Below, piece after piece: positions 1-10,949 of a stretch of 64,000 bases of DNA. The position numbers were made by a program, and so were the translations under genes. The notes under the pieces were generated by a model. It saw only the letters and a program-made list of their open reading frames with translations, was not told the DNA's origin and did not search any database. Positions within the stretch are counted from its first letter, which is position 1, and the number at the start of each line of letters is the position of its first letter. Source of the stretch: Octopus vulgaris (taxonomy: Eukaryota); contig OX597834.1 of assembly GCA_951406725.2 (NCBI GenBank), positions 20,770,001-20,834,000 of the forward strand, written 5' to 3'.

Positions 1-60
1 AGACCGACCAAAGCCTTGTGAGTGGATTTGGTAGACGGAAACTGAAAGAAGCCCGTCGTA

Positions 61-105
<45 letters not shown>

Positions 106-288
106 TTGTGTCTGTGTTTGTCCCCCTAGCATTGCTTGATAACCGATGCTGGTGTGTTTACGTCCCCATCACTTAGCGGTTCGGCAAAACAGACTGATAG
201 AATAAGTACCGGGGTCGAGTTGCTCAATTAAAGGCGGTGCTCCAGCATGGCCGCAGTCAAATGACTGAAACAAGTAAAAGAGTAAGAG
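1..288 (+). mobile_element. SINE family A, 5' end cut by window edge
   Basis: Matches the body and tail of full copies at 13360, 16228 and 61639: ccaaagccttgtgagtggatttggtagacggaaactgaaagaagccc, internal (TA)n(TG)n, gctccagcatggccgcagtcaaatgactgaaacaagtaaaagag. Confidence 0.85.
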
Positions 289-356
289 CGTTTAAAAGTA
301 TTGAGTGCTTCGTCAGTATATATTTGACTAGGTTTTCTTCATGTATATCTTTCATT

Positions 357-560
357 CTTTTATTCTTTTGCTGGTTTCAGTCATTTGACTGCAGCCATGC
401 TGGAGCACCACCTTCAATCAAACGAATCGACACCAGGACTTATTCTTTGTAAGCCCAAGACTCATTTTATTGGTCTCTTTTGCAGAACTGCTAAGTTATG
501 GGTAAACACACCAACATCACTTGTCAAGCAAGGGTAGGGGGCACAGACACACAAACATAA
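357..560 (-). mobile_element. SINE family A 3' half, inverted relative to 1-288
   Basis: gtttcagtcatttgactgcagccatgctggagcacc is the reverse complement of the family A tail. Confidence 0.8.
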
Positions 561-569
561 TATATGTTT

Positions 570-866
570 GCGCTCACCATCATGAGGTAGTGAGTTCAAT
601 TCCTGGACCGAGCTCTGTGTTGTGTTCTTGAGCAAGACACTTTATTTCAGGTTGCTCCAGTTCACTCAACTGTAGAAATGAGTTGCGACATCACTGGTGC
701 CAAGTTGTATCGGCCCCTTTGCCTTTCCCTCGGATAACATTGGTGGTGCGGAAAGGAGAGGCTGGCATGCATGGGCTGCTGGTCTTCTATAAACAACCTT
801 GCCCAGGCTTGTACCTCAGAGGAGAACTTTCTAGGTGAAATCCCTTGGTCATTCATGACTGGAGGG
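570..866 (+). mobile_element. SINE family D (tRNA-like head, CORE-like ttcttgagcaagacacttta segment)
   Basis: Colinear with 6021-6358 (+) and 42345-42625 (-); B-box-like gagttcaattcc. Confidence 0.75.
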
Positions 867-1060
867 GACAAACAAGGACAGACATAGGTATTAAGTCGAT
901 TACATTGACCCCAGTGCGAAACTGGTACTTTATTTATCGACCCCGAAAGGATGAAAGGCAAAGTCGACCTTGGCGGAATTTGAACTCAGAACGTAATGAC
1001 AGACGAAATACCGTTAAGCATTTCTCCCGGCGTGCTAACGTTTCTGCCAGCTCGCCGCCT
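866..1060 (-). mobile_element. SINE family B (tRNA-derived, gcctttcatcctttcggggtcgataaa body)
   Basis: Reverse complement of the full copy at 59881-60113. Confidence 0.85.
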
Positions 1061-1061
1061 T

Positions 1062-1521
1062 GTATAGGTATAATTACCAACACAGGAACACGTATCGTAC
1101 ATCAAAATGACGCTTATGAGTTTATTGTTTTTCCTTTTTGCAAGAAATCGACCACAATGACACCTTGAGCACTCCAAAAGACAGTCACCGTGAGTTTTCC
1201 AGCTGACTTTTGCAACTGGAACTTTTTCAGTGGTGGTGACATAGAGTGGTGCCATTCCATGTTTTGTCACTTGTTATGAGCCTTCAAAAGAAGGTGTTCT
1301 CTCTTTGACTTTGTAGTGAAGAAGTGGCTCAAAGAACAAGACAGGGATACATGCTCTCATTCGAAGGTGGAACATTGCTATTGAGAGAAACGGTGACCGT
1401 TGAGAAGTAGGGATGTTATCCACTCAGGACCAGCTTCCTTTTCATGTATGATACATGTTTATGTGTTTGTAATTATACCTGTCCTAAACAAAATGGCATT
1501 ACTTTTTGACTCACCCTTGTA
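1062..1521 (+). mobile_element. Decayed mariner-type element: transposase C-terminal remnant plus long inverted repeats
   Basis: About 1322-1410 reads KWLKEQ..GIHALIRRWNIAIERNGD..EK with frameshifts (mariner C-terminal pattern); about 1067-1110 is an imperfect inverted repeat of about 1442-1478; ends cacccttgTA. Confidence 0.65.
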
Positions 1522-1759
1522 AGTACACATACACACACACACATGATATTTTTTTTTTTTTTTTGCACCCATTGTATTGCTATAAAAGTTGCCAGTTTGG
1601 AAAACTTTTTATTCATCCAGTTATTTCTTTTATCTCCTTTGTTGCTCTCTTATCACAATAGTCCTTTCACGGAAATAAAAAAAAAAAAGATATATCTCTG
1701 TCTGGAGTCTTTCTCTTTAGGAGACCAATAGAAATTTTATTGACTTCTCAGCATTTTCT

Positions 1760-2370
1760 CAAAACTCTCTCTTCTCTACTTCTCACCCTCTTACTACTGC
1801 CCAAACTCTTACTACCATCCAATCTCTCTCTCTCTCCCACATCTCATTCTCTTTCTCTCTTCTACTCTTTTACCACCACCTCTCTTTTTTTTTCTCTCTC
1901 TTACTCTTTTACCCTCTCCTCTCATTCTCCTTATTACCTCTCACTACTCCTCACCTTCTCTGCCTCTCTTTCCATCTTCACATTACCTCTCGCTACCCCT
2001 CACCCTCTCTGCCTCTCCTTCCATCTTCACATTACCTCTCACTACCCCTCACCTTTTCTGCCTCTCCTTCCCTTCTCACACTACCTCTCATACATCACCA
2101 TTACTGCCACCCACTCTCTCACTGTTACTCTACCACTCTGTATCTCTGTCTCACTACCCTATCACTACACCTCTCTCTCTTACTACCACCCTACTGCTCA
2201 TTACCCCACCACCCTTACCTCCAAATCCACCCCACCCCTCTTATTCAATCTGACATTGCCCCCTATCTCTCACCACACCCCACACTCACACTCTCACACA
2301 TTCTCCTCTTACCCCATTCCCCCATTCTATCACTGTTTCTCACCTTTTCATTGCCACTCTACCCCTAACA
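1760..2370. repeat. C/T-rich low-complexity tract
   Basis: Degenerate CTC/CAC/TAC repeats with very little G on the + strand. Confidence 0.8.
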
Positions 2371-2821
2371 ATATAGAAGCTATGTTTCTAAGCATTCTCA
2401 GGTCACTAGCACCACCTTTCCAAATTCCTCAGACTGTATATCTTGCAACAGTTCTTTGGCATTTTATTTGTGTAGTTCTGCATGGCACTTAAATATATAC
2501 TAATTAACCGAACACATTTTCATTGTCTGGATTCTCTTTAACCAACCTTTTGGGGTTTATATCAAGCAGTTAGTTCTTATTTATCTGTTTAACCATTTCG
2601 ATGCCAACCTGCCTGAAACTGACACTAATTCTATGTTATTAACTTTATACTTTTAAAGTGATCTAAATTAAAACCTTCCATCAAAATTCCATGTTAATTT
2701 ATGTGCCAAACACCTGCTTAGGAAAGACAAAATTATTTACCAAAATTCTTCATCATTTTCAAAATTAATTTGCAAAAAAAAAAGCAGTGTATTTCAACAG
2801 AAGTCATCATTATCATTATCT

Positions 2822-3015
2822 TCATCATCATCATCATGTAACGTCCATTGTCCACACTGACATGGGCTGAATGGGTTTGACCAGGGCTGGTAAGCTGAGG
2901 GGCTGCACAGACTCCAGTCTGTTTTGGCATGGTTTGTATGGCAGGATGCCCTTCCTAATGCTAGCCACTCTAAGAGTGTAATGGTGCTTTTACATGCCAC
3001 TGGCATGGGTGCCAG
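2822..3015 (-). mobile_element. Retroposon family E (ggttggcgttaggaagggcatcc ... gacgttaaatgatgat tail)
   Basis: Reverse complement of the 3' part of 22291-22641 and 41620-41925. Confidence 0.7.
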
Positions 3016-3074
3016 TCGAATTGATAAAAGGTGGTTTTTTTCTAATATTTTTAATATATATATATATATATATA

Positions 3075-3228
3075 CACGACGGGCTTCTTTCAGTTTCTGT
3101 CTTCCAAATCCACTCACAAGGCTTTGTTCAGCCCAAGGCTATAGCAAAAGACACTTGCCCAAGATGCCACGCAGTGGAACTGAACCCAGAACCGTGTGGT
3201 TGATAAGCAAGCTACTTACCACACAGCC
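3075..3228 (-). mobile_element. SINE family A 5' half
   Basis: agacacttgcccaagatgccacgcagtggaactgaacccaga...ctacttaccacacagcca. Confidence 0.8.
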
Positions 3229-3839
3229 ATCCTACGTGTAAAAAAATTTTCTTTTTATCTGTTAAACTCTTTTGATACCAACTTGTCTAAGACCACCTCT
3301 AGTTTTATGATTAAAACTTCCTGTTTTAACCCTCTAACATTTAAACTGGTGGCTATGTCCAGCCAAAATATTCTGTTTTATGTTCAAAGTGGTCAGATCT
3401 AAAAATGAACAATCACATCATCAAACTCTCAAAGCTACAAGATAATGCATGATTAATTCAAAACAATGGGAATAAACAATGTGACAAAGTAATCTGAACG
3501 TTAAAGGGTTAAAGTTATCTTAATTGACCCTTATTTCAATTTATTTTGAAAATAATAACTGGCTTAATAATAACTGGCTTAATAATGACATGGTTCTTTT
3601 ACTAAATTCTTCATTATTTTTCAAAAATAATGGAAAATTTTGTAAAACATTTTTGTCGTTATTAATCTCGAATTTGGAACAAAAATTAACACAAAATTTT
3701 GATGCAAGTTTTTAATTTACATCACTTCATAAGAGGAAACATGTCCTAGAATAGAACCAGGGGTTTTCTCAGGCAGGCTGGTATCAAAGGGGTTAAATAC
3801 ATTGTTACTATCTATTCCTAGATCAGGTTTAACCATTTC

Positions 3840-4291
3840 TTAGTTCAAATTCCACCGAGGTCGACTTTGCCTTTCATCCTTGCGGGGTCAATAAATAAAG
3901 TACCAGTTTCCCACTGGGATCGATGTAATCGACTTAATCCCTTTGTCTGTCCTTGTTTGTCCCCTCTATATTTAGCCCCTTGTGGGCAGTAAAGAAATAC
4001 ATTTTTTTGTTTTTTTCACCATATTTCTATTGAAATACAACAGCTTTGTTTCAGCTAACTTTGAAAATAATGAATTTAGCAAAATAACTTTTACATTATC
4101 TAACTGGTGTAAGGTGACAAGCTGGATGAAATACATAGCAGTATTTCGCCCACCACTACGTTCTGAGTTCAAATCCTGCTGAGGCCAACTTTACCTTTCT
4201 TCTCTCCAGGGTCAATGCAAAAGAGTACAAGTCAAGTACTGGGTGTCTTTGCTGACCTTTGGCCAAAATAAAGAAACATTATCATCATCAC

Positions 4292-4335
<44 letters not shown>

Positions 4336-4597
4336 GTATTATTATTATTAGTAGTAGTAGTAGTAGTAGTAGTAGGTGGCAAACTGGTAGAATCATTAGC
4401 GCACTGAACGAAATGCTTAGCGGCATTTTGCCCGTTACTGTGTACTGAGTTCAAATTTCACCAAGGTCGACGTTGCCTTTCATCCTTTCAGGGTCAATAA
4501 ATTAAGTACCAGTTAAATACCAGGGTCGATCTAATCGACTAGCCCTTCCCCCTCCCCACTAATTTCACGCCTTGTGCCATAGTAGAAAGGATTATTA
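3840..4597 (+). mobile_element. Cluster of three SINE family B copies/fragments with (CAT)n(TAG)n between them
   Basis: gttcaaattccaccgaggtcgactttgcctttcatcc variants at about 3843, 4165 and 4448. Confidence 0.75.
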
Positions 4598-4599
4598 AG

Positions 4600-5630
4600 C
4601 TGGTGTTTAAAACACATAGATTAACATACAATCTTGATGGAAGGTCTTAATTTAGATCCCTTTCAAGGTGGAAATTTGTATCATAAACCAAGGCTGGTGT
4701 TAAGTGGATTTGTGGAAAAAAGGGTTAACCATTGTTTTATCATATTTCTATTAAAACTCAATTGCTTTTGTTTCAATTAACTCTAAAAATAATGAAGAAT
4801 TTAGTTAAAAAGAACCATGTCATTATTAAGCGAGTGTTTGAAAGATAAACTAACGTGAGATTTTGAGGGAAGGTTTTAATTAAAATCTCTTTAAAACAGA
4901 AAGTTTGTGCCGTAGAACCCAGGAATAATTTCAGGTGGGTTAGTAACAAAAGGGTTAATATTTTTGTTACCATATTTCTGTTGAAATTCAGTTTCCTTTT
5001 GTTTCAATTTAAAAATAATGAAGAATTTAGTAAAAGAACCATGTCATTATTAACCCTTTTCTTACTGTATTTATTTTGAGATGCTCTGTGTTTCTTTCAA
5101 TTATTTTAAATATAACAAAGAATTTAGTAAAATAACTTAGTTATCATTAAGCTAGTATTAAGAATATAAATTGCTACTAAGGTTTGGTGGTACATTTTAA
5201 TTAAAAACTTATGAAAACAAGACATTTGTACTACAGAGCCAGAGCCGGTTTTGGTCGGGTTGGTAACAAAAGGGTTAAGCCAGTGTTTGAAAGATAAACT
5301 AACGTGAGATTTTGAGGGAAGGTTTTAATTAAAATCTCTTTAAAACAGAAAGTTTGTGCCGTAGAACCCAGGAATAATTTCAGGTGGGTTGGTAACAAAA
5401 GGGTTAATATTTTTGTTCCCATATTTCTGTTGAAATTCAGTTTCCTATTGTTTCAATTTAAAAATAATGAAGAATTTTGTGGTAAAAAAAGAATATGAAG
5501 TTGGTGTTTGGAACATAAATTAACGTGAAATTTTGAAGGAAGATTTTAATTTAGATCTCTTTAGAACAGGAAGTTTGTATCGTGGAACCAGGAACAACTC
5601 TCAAGTAGGCTGGTATCAAAATGGTTCAAT
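4600..5630. repeat. Tandem array of old piggyBac-MITE-like units joined at gggTTAA
   Basis: Repeated aatgaagaatttagtaaaa...gtcattattaagc..gtgtttgg...aaagggttaa; 4830-5030 and 5279-5480 are near-identical; related arrays at about 2580-2800, 3250-3800 and 15040-15670. Confidence 0.6.
5054..5274. mobile_element. piggyBac-type MITE with TTAA TSD, nested in an older relative
   Basis: TTAA 5050-5053, CCCTTT...AAAGGG termini, TTAA 5275-5278; the empty site cattattaagcgagtg is visible at about 4821; sister copy at 57592-57814. Confidence 0.85.
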
Positions 5631-6020
5631 CTCCCCCAATTCCTGATTATTTCTCAAAATTAATCAAAACCTTGAGAGACAGTATTCCAATTATCATGGA
5701 AATTCGGTGGCAAAAGATTCAAAGCTGAAGTATAATCTAATAACTGAGAGTTACTCATCAACTCAATACTGTTGCAGTATTGTTGTTGTTGTTGGTGGTG
5801 GTGGTGTTGGTGGTGGTGGTGGTATCTAGCCACACAAAATATCTACCAGTTGGTTGCTCATTATTTCTGCTTTAATTATTAGAATTTTAATTTTGGGCCT
5901 GAGATAGATAATTCTAAAAAAAAAAAATAATTTCTATTTTCATTAAACTGTAAAATTTTGATTACTATATTTTTCAAATGATATTAAAGTTTGCATGCAT
6001 GTGCGTGTGTGTGTGTGTGA

Positions 6021-6357
6021 AGGCACATGGCTCGGTGGTTAGAGCGTCAGGCTCACAATCAGGAGGTAGTGAGTTCGATTCCTGGACCAGACTGTGTGTT
6101 GTATTCTTGAGCAAGTCACTTTATTTCACGTTGCTCCAGTTTACTGAGTGGTATAAATGAATTGCACCATTCACTGGTGCCTAACTGTATCAGCCTTTTC
6201 CTTTCTCTTGGATAACATCGATGGTGTGAATAGAGGAGGTTGGTATGTTTGGACCATTGCTGGTTTTCCATAAACAACCTTGCCGACACTTGTGCCCCAG
6301 AGGGGAACATTATAGGTGCAATCCCATGGCCATTCACAACCAAAGGGGGTCTTTACT

Positions 6358-6358
<1 letters not shown>
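6021..6358 (+). mobile_element. SINE family D, near full length
   Basis: A box tggctcggtgg, B box gagttcgattcc, CORE-like ttcttgagcaagtcactttatttcac. Confidence 0.8.
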
Positions 6359-6389
<31 letters not shown>

Positions 6390-6390
<1 letters not shown>

Positions 6391-6600
6391 TTAATCCAAA
6401 CATGAAAACACAAAGAGAAAACACAATGTGAGGACGTGGAACAAATATAGTATTATTGGATGCTCAGGAAGGAATGGAAGAAGGAGGGTTTAACGTTTCG
6501 AGCAGAGCTCTTCGTCAGAAACATAGGTAAAGGAAAGATCCAGAGAAGGGAAGATGGAGGAAAAAATCGCCAACGGTACACACGCGGTCACATCTTGAAC
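6390..6600 (-). mobile_element. (TA)n-embedded Penelope-like short element carrying a minimal hammerhead motif
   Basis: (TA)n on both sides; minus strand GTTT-CTGACGA-A-GAGC-TCT-GCTC-GAAAC-GTT-AAAC; truncated sister at 17535-17612. Confidence 0.65.
6488..6522 (-). ncRNA. Minimal type I hammerhead ribozyme motif, intact CUGANGA/GAAA core
   Basis: Stem I GUUU/AAAC, CUGACGA, extra A, stem II GAGC/GCUC, GAAA, palindromic ACGU stem III, GUU cleavage triplet. Confidence 0.65.
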
Positions 6601-6619
6601 ATATATATATATGTATATA

Positions 6620-7039
6620 CAGGGTGGCACAAAAGTAGGTTTACAGTTATTCAACAATCTCTTTTGCATTCATAAATTGACAGTTTAGATCTTAATTATA
6701 AAAAAATATGAAACCATTATTCTATGCCAGTGGTTTTCAACCAGGGTTCCACCAGTACAGTCCAGGGGTTCCGCAAGAAGTTACAAAACTGCTAAAATCG
6801 GCTGTAATTTTTAATTCTCCTGTGCAGATATGTGTACATAAGACTATTAAATTATTGCACGGGGTTCCTCGAGCCAGTGGAATGTTTCCTTGGGGTTCCG
6901 CTCCAGCAAAAAGTTTGAAAAGCACTGTTCTATGCTAATTTAGTTAATTGTAAGATAGAAATTTAAATGTAATAAAATGTTTTAAAAGAAATTTAAAGTG
7001 CATGCGTGATAACTGTAAACCTACTTTTGGGCCACCCTG
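6620..7039. mobile_element. Tc1/mariner-type MITE with TA TSD
   Basis: 31-bp TIRs cagggtggcacaaaagtaggtttacagttat at 6620-6650 and 7009-7039 (1 mismatch), TA on both sides. Confidence 0.9.
6728..6927. mobile_element. hAT (Charlie-like) MITE nested in the mariner MITE
   Basis: TIRs cagtggttttcaa / ttgaaaagcactg; perfect 8-bp TSD ttctatgc at 6720-6727 and 6928-6935. Confidence 0.9.
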
Positions 7040-7082
7040 TATATATATATATATATATATCATCATCATCATCGTTTAACAT

Positions 7083-7133
<51 letters not shown>

Positions 7134-7776
7134 TACACAAACACGTTTTACTTATATATCACCGAGAAGCATTGTACTGCTTGTGATATGTGTCTAGGGG
7201 GCAATGTTACCACTGGTTTCATGCAGACTATTGCCCCATTGGTCAAAGTTCCAAGAACATTAGACAGAACCCCTCTTGTTATTCATTCCTCCTCACTTAG
7301 TTCCATGTTCGAAATCCCACCATCGCCTACCTTCAGCTGTAGAGTTAATCCATCCCTTATTTTAATACCACCACCTGGTGCCCAAGATGCCTTTGACCAA
7401 GTCTGTTCTGTTGCAAGAATTCGAGCCAGGTTTCCAGTTGAAGACTTCCTTCCTCCCACCCAATTTAGCGACTCTGACTGGTCATGAATGCTGCCTTCCC
7501 TCCTGACTAAAAGATAGAAAATATTGGCATAAGGCCACAAATCTGGGGGAATTGGATTAGCTCATTAAACTGGCCCCAGTATTTCTAATTTATCTTATTT
7601 TTGTCTGTCGCTTGAGCGATCCCACCAATCCACCATTTTCTCATCATTAATAATAATTTATGATCAGGCAGGAGGATGTCAGCAATTTTGAAGGATAGGG
7701 TGGGTGCTAGGATACGGGGTAGGGTTTGGTCAGTTGATACCATTGACTCCCCTAGTACTTGACTAGTACTTTTATT

Positions 7777-7970
7777 TACATTATTTACATTCGATGGATA
7801 TTTGTCCTCAACTTGTTTGTTGTTAACACATCGTTTCGGCTGATATACCCTCCAGCCTTCTTCAGGTGTCTTTGAAGAAGATTACAAGATGCAGAAGATT
7901 ACAAAATATTCGTCGAATGTAAATAATGTAAATAATGTACATAATTCTTCATCTCTTAAATATAGAACTG
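7777..7970. mobile_element. Penelope-like inverted-end insertion with hammerhead motif and 13-bp TSD, inside a decayed SINE B
   Basis: TSD tagtacttttatt at 7764-7776 and 7971-7983; inverted arms at about 7774-7805 and 7902-7933; minus strand GACAC-CTGAAGA-A-GGCTG..CAGCC-GAAAC-GAT-GTGTT. Confidence 0.7.
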
Positions 7971-8898
7971 TAGTACTTTTATTAACTCCAAAAGGACGAG
8001 GGGTAAAGGTGGACTCATCTAGATTTGAACTCAAAATGTAAAGAGTTGAAATGTATTTTGCCATCCTAACAATACCACCGAACCATCATTTTCTTGTCAT
8101 TGCTAACAATGGACAGAAATTTTGAGGGGAGGAGGGCTTAGTTAATGCCATCTACCCTAGTACTTGATTAGTTCATTATTTTATCAACGCCCCCACCAAA
8201 AATAATGAAATGCAATCTAACCCTTGCTAGGCTTGAACTCCAACTGTAAAGTTCTAGCTCAAATACTGCAAAGACAATTTTTTTTTTCCAGAGCTCTACT
8301 AATTCTGCCAGCCTGTTGCCTCAATAATAAAATCCCCTGAAACATTTTAAGCAAATAATCAAAATAATGGTAGGCTCTTTGATTCTTCCTGCTAAACTCG
8401 TATGCCTTGCAGTGTCGCCGTAATTATGTAACTTTCTACAGACATAATTATGTTCCACAAGAATATTCTAACACCTGGCAGTCTTGGAGATTACAGGAAT
8501 TGTCAGTGCCAATAAATAGCACAGTTTCAGTCATCTCTTTGTACTAACCACTGTCAGTTCTTTATCTTTTTCCAGCTTTGGGGGAAGAAGAAGAAGGAGG
8601 AGGAAGGAAAGAAGATAGAAGGAATTTATTTCTATCTCAAGTCTTTTACAAATCTTCGTTCTTCATTGATTTTTTATTCTACCCCCACCTTCCACCCCAA
8701 CCTATACACTCATTCTTCTCATTAGAGTAGTCGCCATTCATCTCTATAATGCCATTTAAAGAAACCTTGATGTGCACTCACTTGACTTGCTAAAAATAGA
8801 AGCTGAATCTCCCTTGAGCACACGCTGGGTCAGTTATGTGTTTGTGTGTATGTACCAGTCAGGGAATCCTGGGGTCATTTCATTTCGCAAAAGCTTCC

Positions 8899-9126
8899 TT
8901 ATTTCTTTACTACCCATAGGGGGCTAAACACAGAGAGGACAAACAAGGACAGACAAACGGATTAAGTCAATTATATCGACCCCTGTGCGTAACTGGTACT
9001 TAATTTATCGACCCCGAAAGGATGAAAGGCAAAGTCGACCTCGGCGGAATTTGAACTCAGAACGTAGTGGCAGACGAACTACCGCTAAGCATTTCATCCG
9101 GTGTGCTAACGCTTCTGCCAGCTCGC
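8899..9126 (-). mobile_element. SINE family B, full length
   Basis: Reverse complement of 59881-60113, including the gtttagcccc..gtgggtagtaaagaaata tail. Confidence 0.85.
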
Positions 9127-10054
9127 AAAAGCTTCCTGTCTTGCCACCCGCTGCATCTTGTAATCTTTTTCAAAGAGTTTGACTTTGAGACAGAACTAGG
9201 AATCATTATTGGTTTCAAATTTTGGCACAAGGCCAGCAACTTTTAGATGAGTGAGGTTAGTCAGTTATGTCAACCTCAGTGCTTAACTGGTACTTTTTTT
9301 TATCGACTCCAGAAGGATGAAAGACAAAGTTGAGCATCGCCACAGACTAATGACTGAAACAAGTAGAATATGAAAGAATCTCTCTCTAACACAATTTTTG
9401 TTTGTTTTAATATTTTATCAAAGTTAGGGTAACACAGAGGTTTCTTTTTTTACCAACATTATAAGCCCCTAAGCAAAGCACTGCCTTAGGGTCTGTAGTA
9501 TTTATTTATTAGCAGCAAACCACATTTGACTGGGTTTTTATTATACTGACCCCAGCAAAGTAAAAGACAATGACAATCCTGGCAGGATTTGAACTCCGGA
9601 AGGAACCAGAAGTGACTAAATATTGCAACACATCTTTAGAGATAATTTCTCTGCAAATTCCGACAAACTGCCATTGTTTGTTAGATTCATTATAATAGTG
9701 GTAGAATGGTTGTTAAAGCATTGGAATAACACAAAGAAACCAAAAAAATAAAAAATACCAAAAGATCAAAATAAAAAATAAAAAAAGTAATTCTCTGTAG
9801 CTGTTATTTACCAAAGACAGTTATATAATGTCTAACGTCTGCAAGTGTGACTGATTGGTTTATACTTAGTCTCCGCTGCAAAGAACTGCCAAGAAGATGA
9901 TGAAGAATATTGGTGGAATAAAGAGAAAAGAAAGAAAGGAAGGGAGGAAGGGAGGAAGGAAGGAAGACAGAACATTGGTGCAAACATTTTGTATGTGTAG
10001 CAGCTTGCACTATAATGGTTAAATGATGTTAGTTTATCACAAAATGACACAGAG

Positions 10055-10358
10055 AAGATATATATATATATATATATACACACACATATGTGTGTAGATA
10101 TGTATGTATATATGTAGATAAGTACATATATATATGTTGATATGTATATATATGTGTGTGTGTGTAGATATGTATATGTAGACGTATATGTATATATATA
10201 TGTGAATATGTATATATATATATATATATAAATATATATATGTGTGTGTATATATATATATGTATGTATATACATACACACACATAATTATGGTTTTGTT
10301 TTAAATCTCCAGATCAAAGGGAGCAAATTCAAATGCAATTTGTTGTTTTATGTGTGTG

Positions 10359-10391
<33 letters not shown>

Positions 10392-10404
10392 CTATATGTA
10401 TATA

Positions 10405-10446
<42 letters not shown>

Positions 10447-10460
10447 CGTGTATACATCCA

Positions 10461-10502
<42 letters not shown>

Positions 10503-10570
10503 CGTGTATCTTTATATATACATGCAAGTGTGTATGTATACATATGTATGTACGTATGTGTGCGTGTGTA
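10055..10570. repeat. Compound (TA)n/(TG)n microsatellite
   Basis: Direct reading; similar tracts at 20.6-21.0, 28.95-29.15, 32.8-33.8 and 63.6-64 kb. Confidence 0.9.
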
Positions 10571-10860
10571 GTTGGTTAAATATAACATAGAGCAATCACT
10601 CAGATATCATGGACGTTTATCACAGATTACCAATAGCTTACACATTTCATTTCGCACTTTACAATGTATCCACCACCACCACCACCACCTCCACCACCAT
10701 CTCTTTTCTATTTTGATGGGGTTTGCGTCTGTATTCAGCTCTAAGTCTTCAGATGCTGATAGAGTTTAAACAGGTTTTACACTTAGAGATAGGTCTTTAA
10801 AAGGATGCTATAGAAATGAAGTAGCTTGCCGATAGATAATAGTGATTGCTATATACATAC

Positions 10861-10893
<33 letters not shown>

Positions 10894-10949
10894 TATATAT
10901 ATGTATATATAAACCTGTAATTTCTTTTTCCAAGTCATCTTCAACTTAG

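Noticed and set aside
1740-2492. 250-aa Leu/Ser/His ORF
   Set aside because: G-poor C/T low-complexity tract; no credible protein signature
9832-10590. Many [12 protein letters not shown] ORFs here and across the window
   Set aside because: Translations of (TA)n, (TG)n and (CA)n microsatellites, which lack stop codons by composition
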